34,132 nt of DNA, from the NCBI RefSeq assembly GCF_004010195.1, contig NW_025215367.1:52098-86229 (forward strand). Direction: 5' to 3'. Within the stretch, counting starts at the first letter, position 1. Every line of letters begins with the position of its first letter. Origin of the DNA: Chiloscyllium plagiosum (Eukaryota). This document shows positions 1 through 11,140 of this stretch, in pieces. The position numbers were made by a program, and so were the translations under genes. A model generated the notes under the pieces. The model did no database searches. It was not told where the DNA came from and saw only the letters and a program-made list of their open reading frames with translations.

Positions 1-261
1 AAATGTTGTCATTGTACCAGCCTCCACCACTTCCTCTGGCAGCTCATTCCATACACGTACCACCCTCTGTGTGAAAAAGTTGCCCCTCAGGTTCCTTTTA
101 TATCTTTCCCCTCTCACCCTAAACCTATGCCCCTCTAGTTCTGGACTCCCCCACCCCAGGGGGAAAAGACTTTGTCTGTCTACCCTATCCATGCCCCCTC
201 ATGATTTTATAAACCTCGATAAGGTCACCGCTCAGCCTCCGACGCTCCAGGGAAAACAGCC
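1..261 (-). mobile_element. CR1-clade LINE (HER1-type) ORF2 3' fragment, runs off window start
   Basis: Minus strand reads as CR1 ORF2 C-terminus (GDLIEVYKIMRGMDR...RGNFFTQRVVRVWNELPEEVVEAGT). Near-identical to copies at 7452-7965, 15618-16238 and 19341-19940. Confidence 0.9.
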
Positions 262-368
262 TGAGGGCTGAGTGGGGTTTGTTAAGGGAGGACGACGTCT
301 TTAGAAACCAGCTTGTCCATCTGACCCAGTGCTCACCTAATTTTTCTGCTGCACCTCCAACACCGTTT

Positions 369-694
369 TAGATCAGATTAGATTAGATTACAGTGTGGAA
401 ACAGGCCCTTCGGCCCAACATGTCCACACCGACCCGCCAAAGCGCAACCCAACCATACCCCAATCCCTACATTTACATTTACCCCTTTACCTAACACTAC
501 GGGCAATTTAGCATGGCCAATCCACCTGACCTGCACATCTTTGGACTGTGGGAGGAAACCGGAGCACCCAGAGGAAACCCACGCAGACACGGGGAGAATG
601 TGCAAACTCCACACAGTCAGTCGCCTGAGTTGGGAATTGAACCCGGGTCTCTGGCACTGTGAGGCAGCAGTGCTAACCACTGTGCCACCGTGCC
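369..694 (-). mobile_element. Full-length tRNA-derived V-SINE (HE1-like elasmobranch SINE)
   Basis: Minus strand has Pol III box A TGGCACAGTGG (677-687), box B GGTTCAATTCC (633-643), V-domain GTGTGGAGTTTGCACATTCTCCCCGTGTCTGCGTGGGTTTCCTC, CR1-like tail GGGCCGAAGGGCCTGTTTCCACACTG and (TCTAA)n end. Possible TSD CCGTTT at 363-368 and 693-698. Confidence 0.92.
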
Positions 695-987
695 GTTTCA
701 AGGCCTATTGAATAATGAAAACGGCTCATTATCCACTTACCTGCCCACTTCCCACTTCCCATCACTGATTTAACATTGCATCTTCTCGGACCTAACCACC
801 CAGATTTACTCAGATCCTCTTTGCACACAGCCCCTTTGGGACAAGAGCAGTGTTCTCCTCAGAGTCTCACAAAGTCAACCAGAAACATCCGGAAAGGATG
901 TGTCACTTGGAACATTCAGTGAGCTCCCACCCGATTTGCCAATTAACTCGATATTCTTTTCTACTTTAATCTCCACGGGCGGGTGAG

Positions 988-1317
988 GGGGTGGACGGCT
1001 GAGCCAAGCATTAATTGCCTCAACCCCAATTGCCCAGAGGGGGGCAGTTAAGAGTCAACCCCATCGCTGTGGGTCTGGAGTCGCGTGTAGGCCCCGACCG
1101 AGTAAGTGTCCTTCCCTGAGGCCCAAGAGTAAACCAGATGGGTGATTTTATTCCCCCAACAATGGTTCTCATTAGATTCTTAATTTCTGATTCACGCTTT
1201 TTAAAAAAAAACAGAATTCAGATTTCGCTGTGGGCAGGAACTGAACCCGAGCGCCCAGAACATTCCCTAAGTCCCTGGATTAACAGTCCATCGATAATGG
1301 CGCCAGGCCATTGCCTC
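988..1317 (-). mobile_element. Diverged tRNA-derived SINE, second family
   Basis: Minus strand starts GAGGCAATGGCCTGG with box-B-like GGTTCAGTTCC. Body TGTGGGTCTGGAGTC..TGTAGG recurs at ~12390-12495. The 3' end resembles the LINE tails at 6890-6930 and 10745-10810. Confidence 0.65.
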
Positions 1318-1357
1318 GACACCAATGCCTACCATGGTCTCATAACTGTAGAAGGGA

Positions 1358-1790
1358 TATAGAATTATACAATCCCGAAATAGGCCCTTCGGCCCAACAA
1401 GTCCACACCGACCCTCCAAAGAGTAACTGCCCAGACGCATTCCCCCTACCATCTTATCCAACAGTTACCCCTGACTAATGCAGCTAACCCGCACATCCCT
1501 TGGCACTATGGGGCAATTTAGCACGGCCAATCCACCCGAACCTGCACATCCCAGGGCACTATGGGGCAATTTAGCAAGGCCAATCCACCCTAACCTGCAC
1601 ATCCCTGGGCACTATGGGGCAACTTAGCACGGCCAATCCACCCTAACCTGCACATCCCTGGGCACTATGGGACAATTTAGCACGGCCAATCCACCCGAAC
1701 CTGCACATCTTTGGACTGTGGGAGGAAACCTGAGCACCCGGAGGAAACCCCACCCAGACACAGGGAGTATGTGCAAACTCCACACAGACA
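1358..1790 (-). mobile_element. V-SINE (HE1-like variant): 3' tail and V-domain, tRNA head missing, internally amplified
   Basis: AGGCCCTTCGGCCCAACAAGTCCACACCGACC tail and CACATCTTTGGACTGTGGGAGGAAACC V-domain match the SINE at 369-694. The element passes into the 30-bp array. Confidence 0.85.
1484..1709. repeat. 53-bp minisatellite inside the SINE, ~4.3 copies
   Basis: Unit CTAACCTGCACATCCCTGGGCACTATGGGGCAATTTAGCACGGCCAATCCACC repeated with a few substitutions. Confidence 0.92.
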
Positions 1791-4339
1791 CGGGGAGTAG
1801 GTGCAAACTCCACACAGACACGGGGAGTATGTGCAAACCCCACACAGACACGGGGAGTATGTGCAAACCCAACACAGACAGGGGGAGTATGTGCAAACAC
1901 CACACAGACACGGGGAGTAGGTGCAAACTCCACACAGACACGGGGAGTATGTGCAAACCCCACACAGACACGGGGAGTATGTGCAAACCCCACAAAAACA
2001 CAGGGAGTATGTGCAAACCCCAAACAGACACGGGGAGTATGTGCAAACCCCACAAAAACACGGGGAGTATGTGCAAACCCTACACAGACACGGGGAGTAT
2101 GTGCAAACCCCACACAGACACGGGGAGGATGTGCAGACCCCACACAGACACGGGGAGTATATGCAAACCCCACACAGACACGGGGATGATGTGCAAACCC
2201 CACACAGACACGGGGAGGATGTGCAAACCCCACACAGACACGGGGAGTATATGCAAACCCCACACAGACACGGGGAGTATGTGCAAACCCCACACAGACA
2301 CAGCGAGTATGTGCAAAATCCACACAGACATGGGGAGAATGTGCAAATCCCACACAGACACGGGGAGTATGTGCAAACCCCACAAAAACACGGGGAGTAT
2401 GTGCAAACCCTACACAGACACGGGGAGGATGTGCAAACCCCACACAGACACGGGGAGTATGTGCAAAATCCACACAGACACGGGGAGAATGTGCAAAAAT
2501 CACACAGACACGGGGCGGATGTGCAAACCCCACACAGACCGGGGGAGTATATGCAAACCCCACACAGACACGGGGAGTATGTCCAAAACCCACACAGATA
2601 CGGGGAGAATGTACAAACCCCACACAGACACGGGGAGTATGTCCAAAACCCACACAGACACGGGGAGTATGTGCAAACCTCACACAGACACGGGGAGAAA
2701 GTGCAAACCCCACACAGACAGGGGGAGTATGTGCAAACCCCACACAGACACGGGGAGAATGTGCAAACCCCACACAAACACGGGGAGGATGTGCAAACCC
2801 CACACAGACAGGGGGAGTATATGCAAACCCCACACAGACACGGGGTGTATGTACAAACCCCACACAGACAGGGGGAGGATGTGCAAACCCCACACAGACA
2901 CGGGGAGGATGTGCTAAACCCACACAGACACGGGGAGAATGTACAAACCCCACACAGACACGGGGAGTATGTGCAAACCTCACACAGACACGGGGAGAAA
3001 GTGCAAACCCCACACAGACACGGGGAGAATGTGCAAACTCCATACAGACACGGAGAGAATGTGCAAACCCCACACAGACACGGGGAGTATATGCAAACTC
3101 CACACAGACACGGGGAGGATGTGCAAACCCCACACAGACAGGGGGAGTATGTGCAAACCCCACACAGACAGGGGGAGGATGTGCAAACTCCACACAGACA
3201 CGGGGAGAATGTGCAAACTCCACACAGACACGGGGAGTATGTGCAAACTCCACACAGACACGGGGAGGATGTGCAAACCCCACACAGACACGGGGAGAGT
3301 GTTCAAACCCCACACAGACATGGGGAGTATATGCAAACCCCAACAGACACGGGGAGGATGTGCTAACCCCACACAGACAGGGGGAGTATATGCAAACCCC
3401 ACACCGACATGGGGAGGATGTGCAAACCCCACACAGACACGGGGGGGATGTGCAAACTCCACACAGACACGGGGAGTATGTGCAAACCCCACAAAAACAC
3501 GGGGAGTATGTGCAAAACTCCACCAGACACGGGGAGTATGTGCAAACCCCACACAGACACGGGGAGTATGTGCAAACTCCACACAGACACGGGGAGGATG
3601 TGCAAACCCCACACAGACATGGGGAGTATATGCAAACCCCACACAGACAGGGGGAGTATGTGCAATCCCCACACAGACACAGAGAGGATGTGCAAACCCC
3701 ACACAGACACGGGGAGTATGTGCAAACCCCACACAGACACGGGGAGTATGTGCAAACCCCACACAGACACGGGGAGGATGTGCAAACCCCACACAGACAC
3801 GGGGTGTATGTACAAACTCCACATAGACACGGGGAGTATGTGCAAACCCCACACAGACACAGGGAGTATGTGCAAACCCCACACAGACACGGGGAGTATG
3901 TGCAAACTCCACACAGACACAGGGAGTATGTGCAAACCCCACACAGACACGGGGAGGATCTACAAACCCCACACGGACACGGGGAGTATGTACAAACCCC
4001 ACACTGACAGGGGGTGTATGTACAAACCCCACATAGACACGGGGAGTATGTACAAACCCCACACAGACAGGGCGTGTATGTACAAACCCCACATAGACAC
4101 GGGGAGTATGTGCAAACCCCACACAGACAGGGGGTGTATGTACAAACCCCACACAGACACGGGGAGGATGTGCAAACCCCACACAGACACGGGGTGTATG
4201 TACAAACCCCACACAGACACGGGGAGGATGTGCAAACCCCACACAGACACGGGGAGGATGTGCAAACCCCACACAGACACGGGGAGTATGTGCAAACCCC
4301 ACACAGACAGGGGGTGTATGTACAAACCCCACCCAGATA
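1745..4339. repeat. 30-bp minisatellite derived from the SINE V-domain, ~86 copies
   Basis: Unit CACACAGACACGGGGAGTATGTGCAAACCC with strict 30-bp period, interspersed variants (AGTAT/AGGAT/AGAAT/TGTAT) and one 29-bp unit near 3341. Confidence 0.97.
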
Positions 4340-4399
4340 GGAGTTGTGTGGCCTGGTTTTGCCTTTCGTCTTTATTGCCCCCCCTGAGATATATCATTG

Positions 4400-4650
4400 T
4401 AGCAAATGCACGATGTAAATAGTGGGGTGGTAAATAGTGAAGAGATTACCCTCAGATTACAGGGGGATATCGATGGACTGCTCAGTGGCAAGTCCAATTG
4501 GATTGGGATAAATGTGAGGTGATACACTTGGACAGGACCAACAAGGGAGGGACATACATGATGAGCAGTATGTCCTTGGGACCAGAGAGGTTTTGGTGTG
4601 CACGTCCGCCCGTCTGTTGAGGATTCGGGTAAAGTAGATCAGCATAAATT
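4400..4650 (+). mobile_element. Old CR1 LINE ORF2 (RT C-terminal) fragment
   Basis: Decayed reading GVVNSE..LRLQGDIDGL..W...KCEVIHL.RTNKG, typical of CR1 just downstream of the FADD motif. Confidence 0.7.
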
Positions 4651-4684
4651 AAGGCTGGAGGGGTCACTCATCAGGTGCTAATAA

Positions 4685-4850
4685 CAGCCGGGAAGAAGCT
4701 GTTCCTGAGCCCGCTGGTGCCTGTTCAGGATCCTGTATCTTCTACCTGACAGAAGAGGTTGGAGGAGATCGTTACTGCAGTGCTATGGGTCTATGATGTT
4801 GGCGGCCTTTCTGCGGAGGACAGCCGTGTAATTGGGAGGAAGATTGGCTT
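4685..4850 (-). mobile_element. LINE fragment, probably Rex/Babar-type
   Basis: GGGAAGAAGCTGTTCCTGAG...CTGTATCTTCTACCTGA.AGAAG resembles the antisense 3' ORF region of Rex1/Babar-like LINEs. Family assigned from recognition only. Confidence 0.4.
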
Positions 4851-4854
4851 CTCT

Positions 4855-5005
4855 CGTGGTCAATATATTCAAGGCCAAATTAAGACCGAAGTTTGATTGA
4901 AGGGTATGGGGGGGACAGTCAGGAAAGTGAAGTCTCAACCCTAGTTGGATTGGCCATGGTCTTTTTGAACCTTTATAGGGCTGAATGGCCTGCTCTTATT
5001 TCTGA
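4855..5005 (+). mobile_element. Old CR1 3' end fragment
   Basis: ATATTCAAGGC...GAAGGGTATGGGG...GGGCTGAATGGCCTGCTCTT CR1 terminal motif. Confidence 0.6.
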
Positions 5006-5147
5006 GTCCAAAATGGCAGTCTTCTGTTTTTGTTCAATTGGGGGCATTCCTGGCTGGTCAGAAATTGTCCCTAACTGCTGTTAAGAAGACGGTCTTGAAC
5101 TGTTGCAGTTCATGTGCTGCAGGTCGACCCACACTTGATTTATCATT

Positions 5148-5590
5148 GCCACATCTTTATCGGTCAGAGTATTGAGTACAGGAGTTGGGAGGTCGTGGTG
5201 CAGCTGTACAGGACATTGGTTAGGCCACTGTTGGAATATTGTGTGCAATTCTGGTCTACTTCCTATCTGAAACCTGAAAGGGTTCAGAAAAGATTTACTA
5301 GGAAATTGCCAGGATTTGAGGTACAGGGAGAGGCTGCACAGGCTGGGGCTGTTTCCCTAAAGCATCGGAGGCTGAGGGGTGACCTGACAGAGGTTTAGAA
5401 GATCAAGAGGGGGTATGGATAGGATAAACAGACAAAGTCTTTTCCCTGGAGTGGGGGAGTCCAAAACTAGAGGGGCATAGGTTTAGGGTGAAAGGGGAAA
5501 GATTTGAAAGGGACATATCCGGTCAGCATGGATGAGTTGGACTGAAGGGTCTGTTTCCGTGCTGTACATCTCTATGACTATGACTCTATG
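5148..5590 (+). mobile_element. CR1 (HER1-type) 3' fragment with internal deletion and terminal microsatellite
   Basis: FIGQSIEYRSWEVVVQLYRTLVRPLLEYCVQFWS...ERVQKRFTR. Ends GAAGGGTCTGTTTCCGTGCTGTACATCTCTATGACTATGACTCTATG. Confidence 0.92.
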
Positions 5591-6224
5591 GTTAAGAAGG
5601 CGTGTGGGATACTTTCCTTTATTCGTCAAGGCACAGAGTTTAAGAGCAGGGAGATGATGCTGGAATTGTGTAAAACTTTGGTTAGATCACAGCTAGGGGA
5701 CCGTGTGCAGTTCCCAAATCCACACTATCGGAGGAATGGGGTAGCGCTGGGAGAGGGGGCAGAGGGAGGTTACCCAGGACTGGAGAGTTTCAGCGATGGA
5801 GAGAGATTGGACAGACTGGAGTGGCTTTCCTTAAAGCAGAGGAGACTAAGAGGGCGGTGTGACTGAGATGGATAAAATCATGGGGGGGCTTAGATAGACA
5901 GGAAGGAACGTTACCCCCTTGGTGGGGGACTGGGGGAGGGGGGCATCGGTTTAAGGGAAGGGGCAGGAGGTTTCAAGGGGGACGTGAGGGGAAACATTTT
6001 CACCCAGAGGGTGGTAGGAGTCTGGAACCCAATGTCTGTGAGGGGTGGGAGAGGCAGAAACCCCCCCCATCGCATTGAAGAAGGATTTAGATGGGCACTC
6101 GCGATGCCAAGGCGATGGGTCAAGTGCTGGGGGAATGGGGCTAGAATAGGGAGGTAGTTGGCTTTGACTGGCACAGACTCGATGTGCCAAAGGGCCTTTT
6201 TCTGTGCTGCAGACCTCTACGACT
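5588..6224 (+). mobile_element. Older CR1 subfamily 3' fragment
   Basis: VKKACGILSFIRQGTEFKSREMMLELCKTLVRSQL...FTQRVVGVWN. Ends AAGGGCCTTTTTCTGTGCTGCAGACCTCTACGACT. Confidence 0.88.
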
Positions 6225-6554
6225 GCCTTGTCGTTGAGCTGGACAACGTGCACTTGTAAACACGGCAGAGATCTGTCAGAAAGGTTGGAGGGAATAAATC
6301 GCAAGATCGAAGAGAGCCTTCTGGGATGTTGACATGTCATGACTGAAGTTGACTGATGCAAGGTCCAATCCCTCCTAATTCGGCCACACCAGGGGCTTTA
6401 GCGGTGTCTTTGGACGGTGCGTTTTCTCTGACAATGCAGAGGCTGTGCACTTCAAGCTTCCAGGCCTAAGCGCCGCCCAGCTAGGCCTCAACCTCCTCAC
6501 AGGGCCTCAATCCCTTTGAGTAGAACGTCAAGACATATCAATCCTCACCACACC

Positions 6555-6580
6555 CACCCCCCCCCCCCCCCCCCCACCCG
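6555..6580. repeat. Poly-C tract
   Basis: Run of about 19 C. Confidence 0.85.
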
Positions 6581-6764
6581 TCCTCCAACCTGACCCCGTG
6601 TTGATGCGGTCCAGGGTTTGAGGGATAGACGCCGTGGGGTGTACATTTTCATTTTCTCCATCGCAAGGCTGTCTTTGGGGATGGAGGAGATGCGTGAGAA
6701 AAATGGAAGCTTATCGCCGTGGAGGCAATGTCTTTGTGGAATTGGCCGTCACCGTTTTGTTACT

Positions 6765-6935
6765 GTCAGAATCCTGGAGCTCCATCCCCCAGGGCCATTG
6801 TGGGTCTCACCCACAACACATGGACTGCAGCGATTCAAGATGGCGGCTCACCCTTACCTTCTCAAGGGGGGGGAGGGGCGATTAGAAATGGTTAATAACC
6901 TGGCCAGCGACGCCCACATCCCACATGTGAAAATA
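6765..6935 (+). mobile_element. 3' end of a second LINE family (CR1/L2 group)
   Basis: SW.S.P...HGLQRFKMAAHPYLLKG ORF end, then tail GGCCAGCGACGCCCACATCCCAC. Inverse homologue at 10745-11140 and fragment at ~5035-5135. Confidence 0.75.
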
Positions 6936-7109
6936 AAAGGAAAATCCTGTGTAAAACTAAGTAAAGGCCAGGGAGCAGATGTCGACGGCAAATGTTAGGC
7001 TTTCACAGAAGCCAGTTTTGGGGGAGGCTGAGAGAACAAGCTAATGTTAGACTTAAAAAAGACTCCATTTGTACGTCCCTCAAGCTTGCAAGAGCCAGCG
7101 CGGCCATGT

Positions 7110-7965
7110 GGGGTCATCCAGCACGGAAACAGACCCATGGTCCACGCAGACCAGATATAGATTAGATTCCCTACAGTGTGGGAACAGGCCCTTCAGCCCA
7201 ACCAGTCCGCACCGACCCTCCGAAGAGTAACCCACCCGGACCCATTTCCCTCTGACTAATGCACCTAACACTATGGGCAATTTAACACGGTCAATTCACA
7301 TCTTTGGGCTGTGGGAGGAAACCGGAGCAAACCCACGCAGACACGGGGAGAATGTGCAAACTCCACGCAGACAGTCTGCCCGAGGCTGGAATCGAACTTG
7401 GGACCTTGGTGCTGTGAGGCAGCAGTGCTCGCCACTGAGCCACTGTGCTGCCTAATCTAGTCCCATTTACTAATACCTGGCCCAGGACCCTCCAAACCCT
7501 TCCTATTCATGTCCCCATCCAGATGCCTTTTAAATGCTGTCATTGTACCAGCCTCCACCACTTCCTCTGGCAGCTCATTCCATACACACACCACCCTCTG
7601 TGTGAAACATTTGCCCCTTGGGTCCCTTTTATATCTTTCCCTGTTCACCACAAACCTAACCCCACTAGTTCTGGACTCCCCCACCCCAGGGAAACGACCT
7701 TGTCTATTCACCTTACCATGCCCCCTCTTGATTTTATAAACCTCTATGTGGTCACCCTTCCTTGGAAACAGCCCCAGCCAATTCAGCCCCTCTCTATAGC
7801 TCAAACCCTCCAACCCTGGCAACATCCATGTAAATCTTTTCTGAACCCTTTCAAATTCAACAATGTCCTTCCTATAGCAGGGAGAGGTGAACTGAGTGCA
7901 GTATTCCAAAATGTCCTGTACAGCCCCAACGTAGCGTCCCAACTCCTGTACTCAACGCACTGACC
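7110..7965 (-). mobile_element. CR1 (HER1-type) 3' fragment split by a SINE insertion
   Basis: 3' UTR GCACGGAAACAGACCC...ACCAGATAT (to 7158) resumes as CTAATCTAGTCCCATT (7452). ORF2 LEYC.QF.SP.YRKDI..ERVQKRFT..WNELPEEVVEAG. Confidence 0.9.
7159..7451 (-). mobile_element. Near full-length V-SINE (HE1-like) nested in a CR1 3' UTR
   Basis: Head GGCAGCACAGTGGCTCAGTGG (box A), box-B-like AGTTCGATTCC, V-domain, tail AAGGGCCTGTTCCCACACTGTAGGGAATCTAATCT. Confidence 0.9.
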
Positions 7966-8014
7966 ATACTGGTGGAAGTGAGCAGCTGCCTTGCCCATGG
8001 TTAGGAACTGGAGA

Positions 8015-8120
8015 TATTTCAACCAATCAACCTGCTCAGAGACATTATACCGCGTGTCTGGAGCAGAAAGGGTCTTGAACCCAGGGCCTTCTACCCGAGA
8101 GGTTAAGACATTACCGTTGG
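8015..8120 (-). mobile_element. Decayed tRNA-like SINE head fragment (third family)
   Basis: Minus strand GGTAATGTCTTAACCTCTCGGGTAGAAGGCCCTGGGTTCAAGACCC has a tRNA-like box B. Confidence 0.4.
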
Positions 8121-8195
8121 AAACTGGACGCTGGGGATAACCAAAGCCTCACCTGGCTGACACAGCCACTTTCTCCAATAGCAACTCCTCAAGTG

Positions 8196-10096
8196 ATATA
8201 ATTAAGAATAAAAATTACATAAAACGTGAAAATAACATTAAAATTAAAATTAAAGCTCCAACAAAAAATTAAAAATAAGAATAAAAATTAAAAGTAAAAT
8301 CAAAATTAAAATGAAAACTATAACTAAAGTTAAAATTCAAAATAAAATTCGAAATATTGACAAAGTTAAAATTAAAAATAATAAAAATAAAAGCGATAAT
8401 AAAAATAAAATTTCAACTAAAATTAAAATTTTAAGTAAAATTTAAAATTAAAATAGAAGTGATAATAAAAATAAAACTTAAGGTAAAATTAAGATTTAAA
8501 ATAAAATTAAAAATAAAAGTGATATTAAAAATAAAATTTAAACTACGATTAAAAGTTAAAAATAAATTAAAATTAAAAATAAAATTTGAACTGAAATTAA
8601 AATTTAAAATAAAATTAGAAATAAAAAGAGAAGCGATAATAAAAATAAAATTTCAATTAAAATTAAAATTTTAAGTAAAATTAAAAATAAAAAGAGACGT
8701 GATAATAAAAATAAAATTTAAGCTAAAATTAAGATTTAAAATAAAATTAAAAATAAAAGTGATATTAAAAATAAAATTTAAACTACGATTAAAAGTTAAA
8801 AATAAATTAAAATTAAAAATAAAATTTGAACTGAAATTAAAATTTAAAATAAAATTAGAAATAAAAAGAGAAGCGATAATAAAAATAAAATTTCAATTAA
8901 AATTAAAATTTTAAGTAAAATTAAAAATAAAAAGAGGTGATAATAAAAATAAAATTTAAACTAAAATTAAGATTTAAAATAAAATTAAAAATAAAAGTGA
9001 TATTAAAAATAAAATTTAAACTACGATTAAAAGTTAAAAATAAATTAAAATTAAAAATAAAATTTGAACTGAAATTAAAATTTAAAATAAAATTAGAAAT
9101 AAAAAGAGAAGCGATAATAAAAATAAAATTTCAATTAAAATTAAAATTTTAAGTAAAATTAAAAATAAAAAGAGGTGATAATAAAAATAAAATTTAAACT
9201 AAAATTAAGATTTAAAATAAAATTAAAAATAAAAGTGATATTAAAAATAAAATTTAAACTACGATTAAAAGTTAAAAATAAATTAAAATTAAAAATAAAA
9301 TTTGAACTGAAATTAAAATTTAAAATAAAATTAGAAATAAAAAGAGAAGCGATAATAAAAATAAAATTTCAATTAAAATTAAAATTTTAAGTAAAATTAA
9401 AAATAAAAAGAGGTGATAATAAAAATAAAATTTAAACTAAAATTAAGATTTAAAATAAAATTAAAAATAAAAGTGATATTAAAAATAAAATTTAAACTAC
9501 GATTAAAAGTTAAAAATAAATTAAAATTAAAAATAAAATTTGAACTGAAATTAAAATTTAAAATAAAATTAGAAATAAAAAGAGAAGCGATAATAAAAAT
9601 AAAATTTCAATTAAAATTAAAATTTTAAGTAAAATTAAAAATAAAAAGAGGTGATAATAAAAATAAAATTTAAACTAAAATTAAGATTTAAAATAAAATT
9701 AAAAATAAAAGTGATATTAAAAATAAAATTTAAACTACGATTAAAAGTTAAAAATAAATTAAAATTAAAAATAAAATTTGAACTGAAATTAAAATTTAAA
9801 ATAAAATTAGAAATAAAAAGAGAAGCGATAATAAAAATAAAATTTCAATTAAAATTAAAATTTTAAGTAAAATTAAAAATAAAAAGAGGTGATAATAAAA
9901 ATAAAATTTAAACTAAAATTAAGATTTAAAATAAAATTAAAAATAAAAGTGATATTAAAAATAAAATTTAAACTACGATTAAAAGTTAAAAATAAATTAA
10001 AATTAAAAATAAAATTTGAACTGAAATTAAAATTTAAAATAAAATTAGAAATAAAAAGAGAAGCGATAATAAAAATAAAATTTCAATTAAAATTAA
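8196..10096. repeat. AT-rich hexamer-based array (TTAAAA/ATAAAA) with 238/240-bp higher-order unit, ~7 copies
   Basis: Marker AAGCGATAAT at 8391, 8631, 8871, 9109, 9347, 9585, 9823, 10061 (periods 240, 240, then 238). Degenerate lead-in at 8196-8390. Confidence 0.97.
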
Positions 10097-10535
10097 CCAC
10101 TTCAGCGTCGTACAGAGCTCCATTAGATCTCCTCTCGATCCTCCCGACTCCACACAGTATCGGCCTGAGCTGCTCCATCTCCCTTCATGAGACCAACTCC
10201 CCTCGTCTCTGGAATCGAATCGAGTGACCCTTCTCTGAACTGCCTCACTACATCCCTCCTCGAGTGAGGGGACCGAGACTGTACACAATACTCCAGCTAT
10301 GGCCCCACGAATGTCTTCTACGCTTTCAGCAACATTTCCCTCTCTTTTAGACCTTTAGCAATAAATTCCATCTTCTTACCTGCAGTATCTACATCCTGGG
10401 TGTTCTGTGATTTTTGTTGCACAAGGACATCTAATCGAAATATTCTAAAGTTTCTCTCTGTTTACCTAATGAGTTGTATCTCTGTCCCTCCAACCCAAAT
10501 AGATAACCTCACACTTATCCACGTTTCCAGCAATG
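10097..10535 (-). mobile_element. Old CR1 ORF2 fragment
   Basis: Minus strand: LEYC.Q.....EAVQRRVTR...RGDL.E remnants. Confidence 0.7.
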
Positions 10536-10561
10536 TCCTTTTGGTTACGAGAAATCACAAC

Positions 10562-10706
10562 AGGTTAGCTCTGATGAAGAGTCATCTGAACTTGAACCGT
10601 TAACTTGCTCTGTCTCTCTCTCTCTCTCTCTCATGGATGCTGCCTGACCCGCAGTGATTTCCAACACTTTGTTATTTTCAGTACAGATTCCAGCGTCTGC
10701 AGTAAC
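10562..10706 (+). mobile_element. Penelope-like pseudo-LTR fragment with decayed hammerhead motif
   Basis: CTGATGA (10571-10577)...GAACCGTT, then GGATGCTGCCTGACCCGC...TTCCAGCGTCTGCAGT, homologous to the arms of 19112-19340. Confidence 0.65.
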
Positions 10707-10744
10707 TTGCCTCTCGATTGCTATCTTGTTTTTAAAATTTATTT

Positions 10745-11140
10745 TGTGGGATGTGGACGTCTCTGGCTGGGCCACAGCATTTATCGCCCCCCCCCCATCC
10801 CTAGTTGCCTCCCTTGAGAAGGTGGTGGGGGGGTGAGCCGCCATCTTGAACCGCTGCAGTCCGTGTGTGCTGTGGGTTAGACCCACAATGCCCTGGGGGA
10901 GGGAGTCCCAGGATTCTGACCCAAGGAACGGCCGATATATTCCCAACTCGGGACGGGGAGCGGTGGGAACTTGCGGAGGGGGTGGGGGGGGTAGGTGGTG
11001 ATCCCACGTATCTGCTGCCCCTTGGCCTTCTAGATGGAAGTGGTGGTGGGTTTGGAAGGTGCTGCCTGAGGAGCCTCGGGGAGTTGCTGCAGTGCGTCTT
11101 GTAGATGGTACATACTGCTGCTACTGAGCGTCGGTGATTG
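10745..11140 (-). mobile_element. 3' part of second LINE family (CR1/L2 group)
   Basis: Minus-strand ORF remnant SESWDSLPQGIVGLT..THGLQRFKMAAH. Homologous to 6765-6935. Confidence 0.78.

Noticed and set aside
733..743. Perfect minus-strand donor CAG|GTAAGT
   Set aside because: No acceptor with a pyrimidine tract or recognisable coding sequence upstream on that strand.
1624..4422. Long ORFs (up to 626 aa) with Cys/His-rich decapeptide repeats
   Set aside because: Open in several frames on both strands only because the 30-bp SINE-derived unit lacks stops. No unique domain or splice context.
8459..10227. Seven repeated 71-aa Lys/Ile/Leu ORFs
   Set aside because: Translation of the AT-rich hexamer array.
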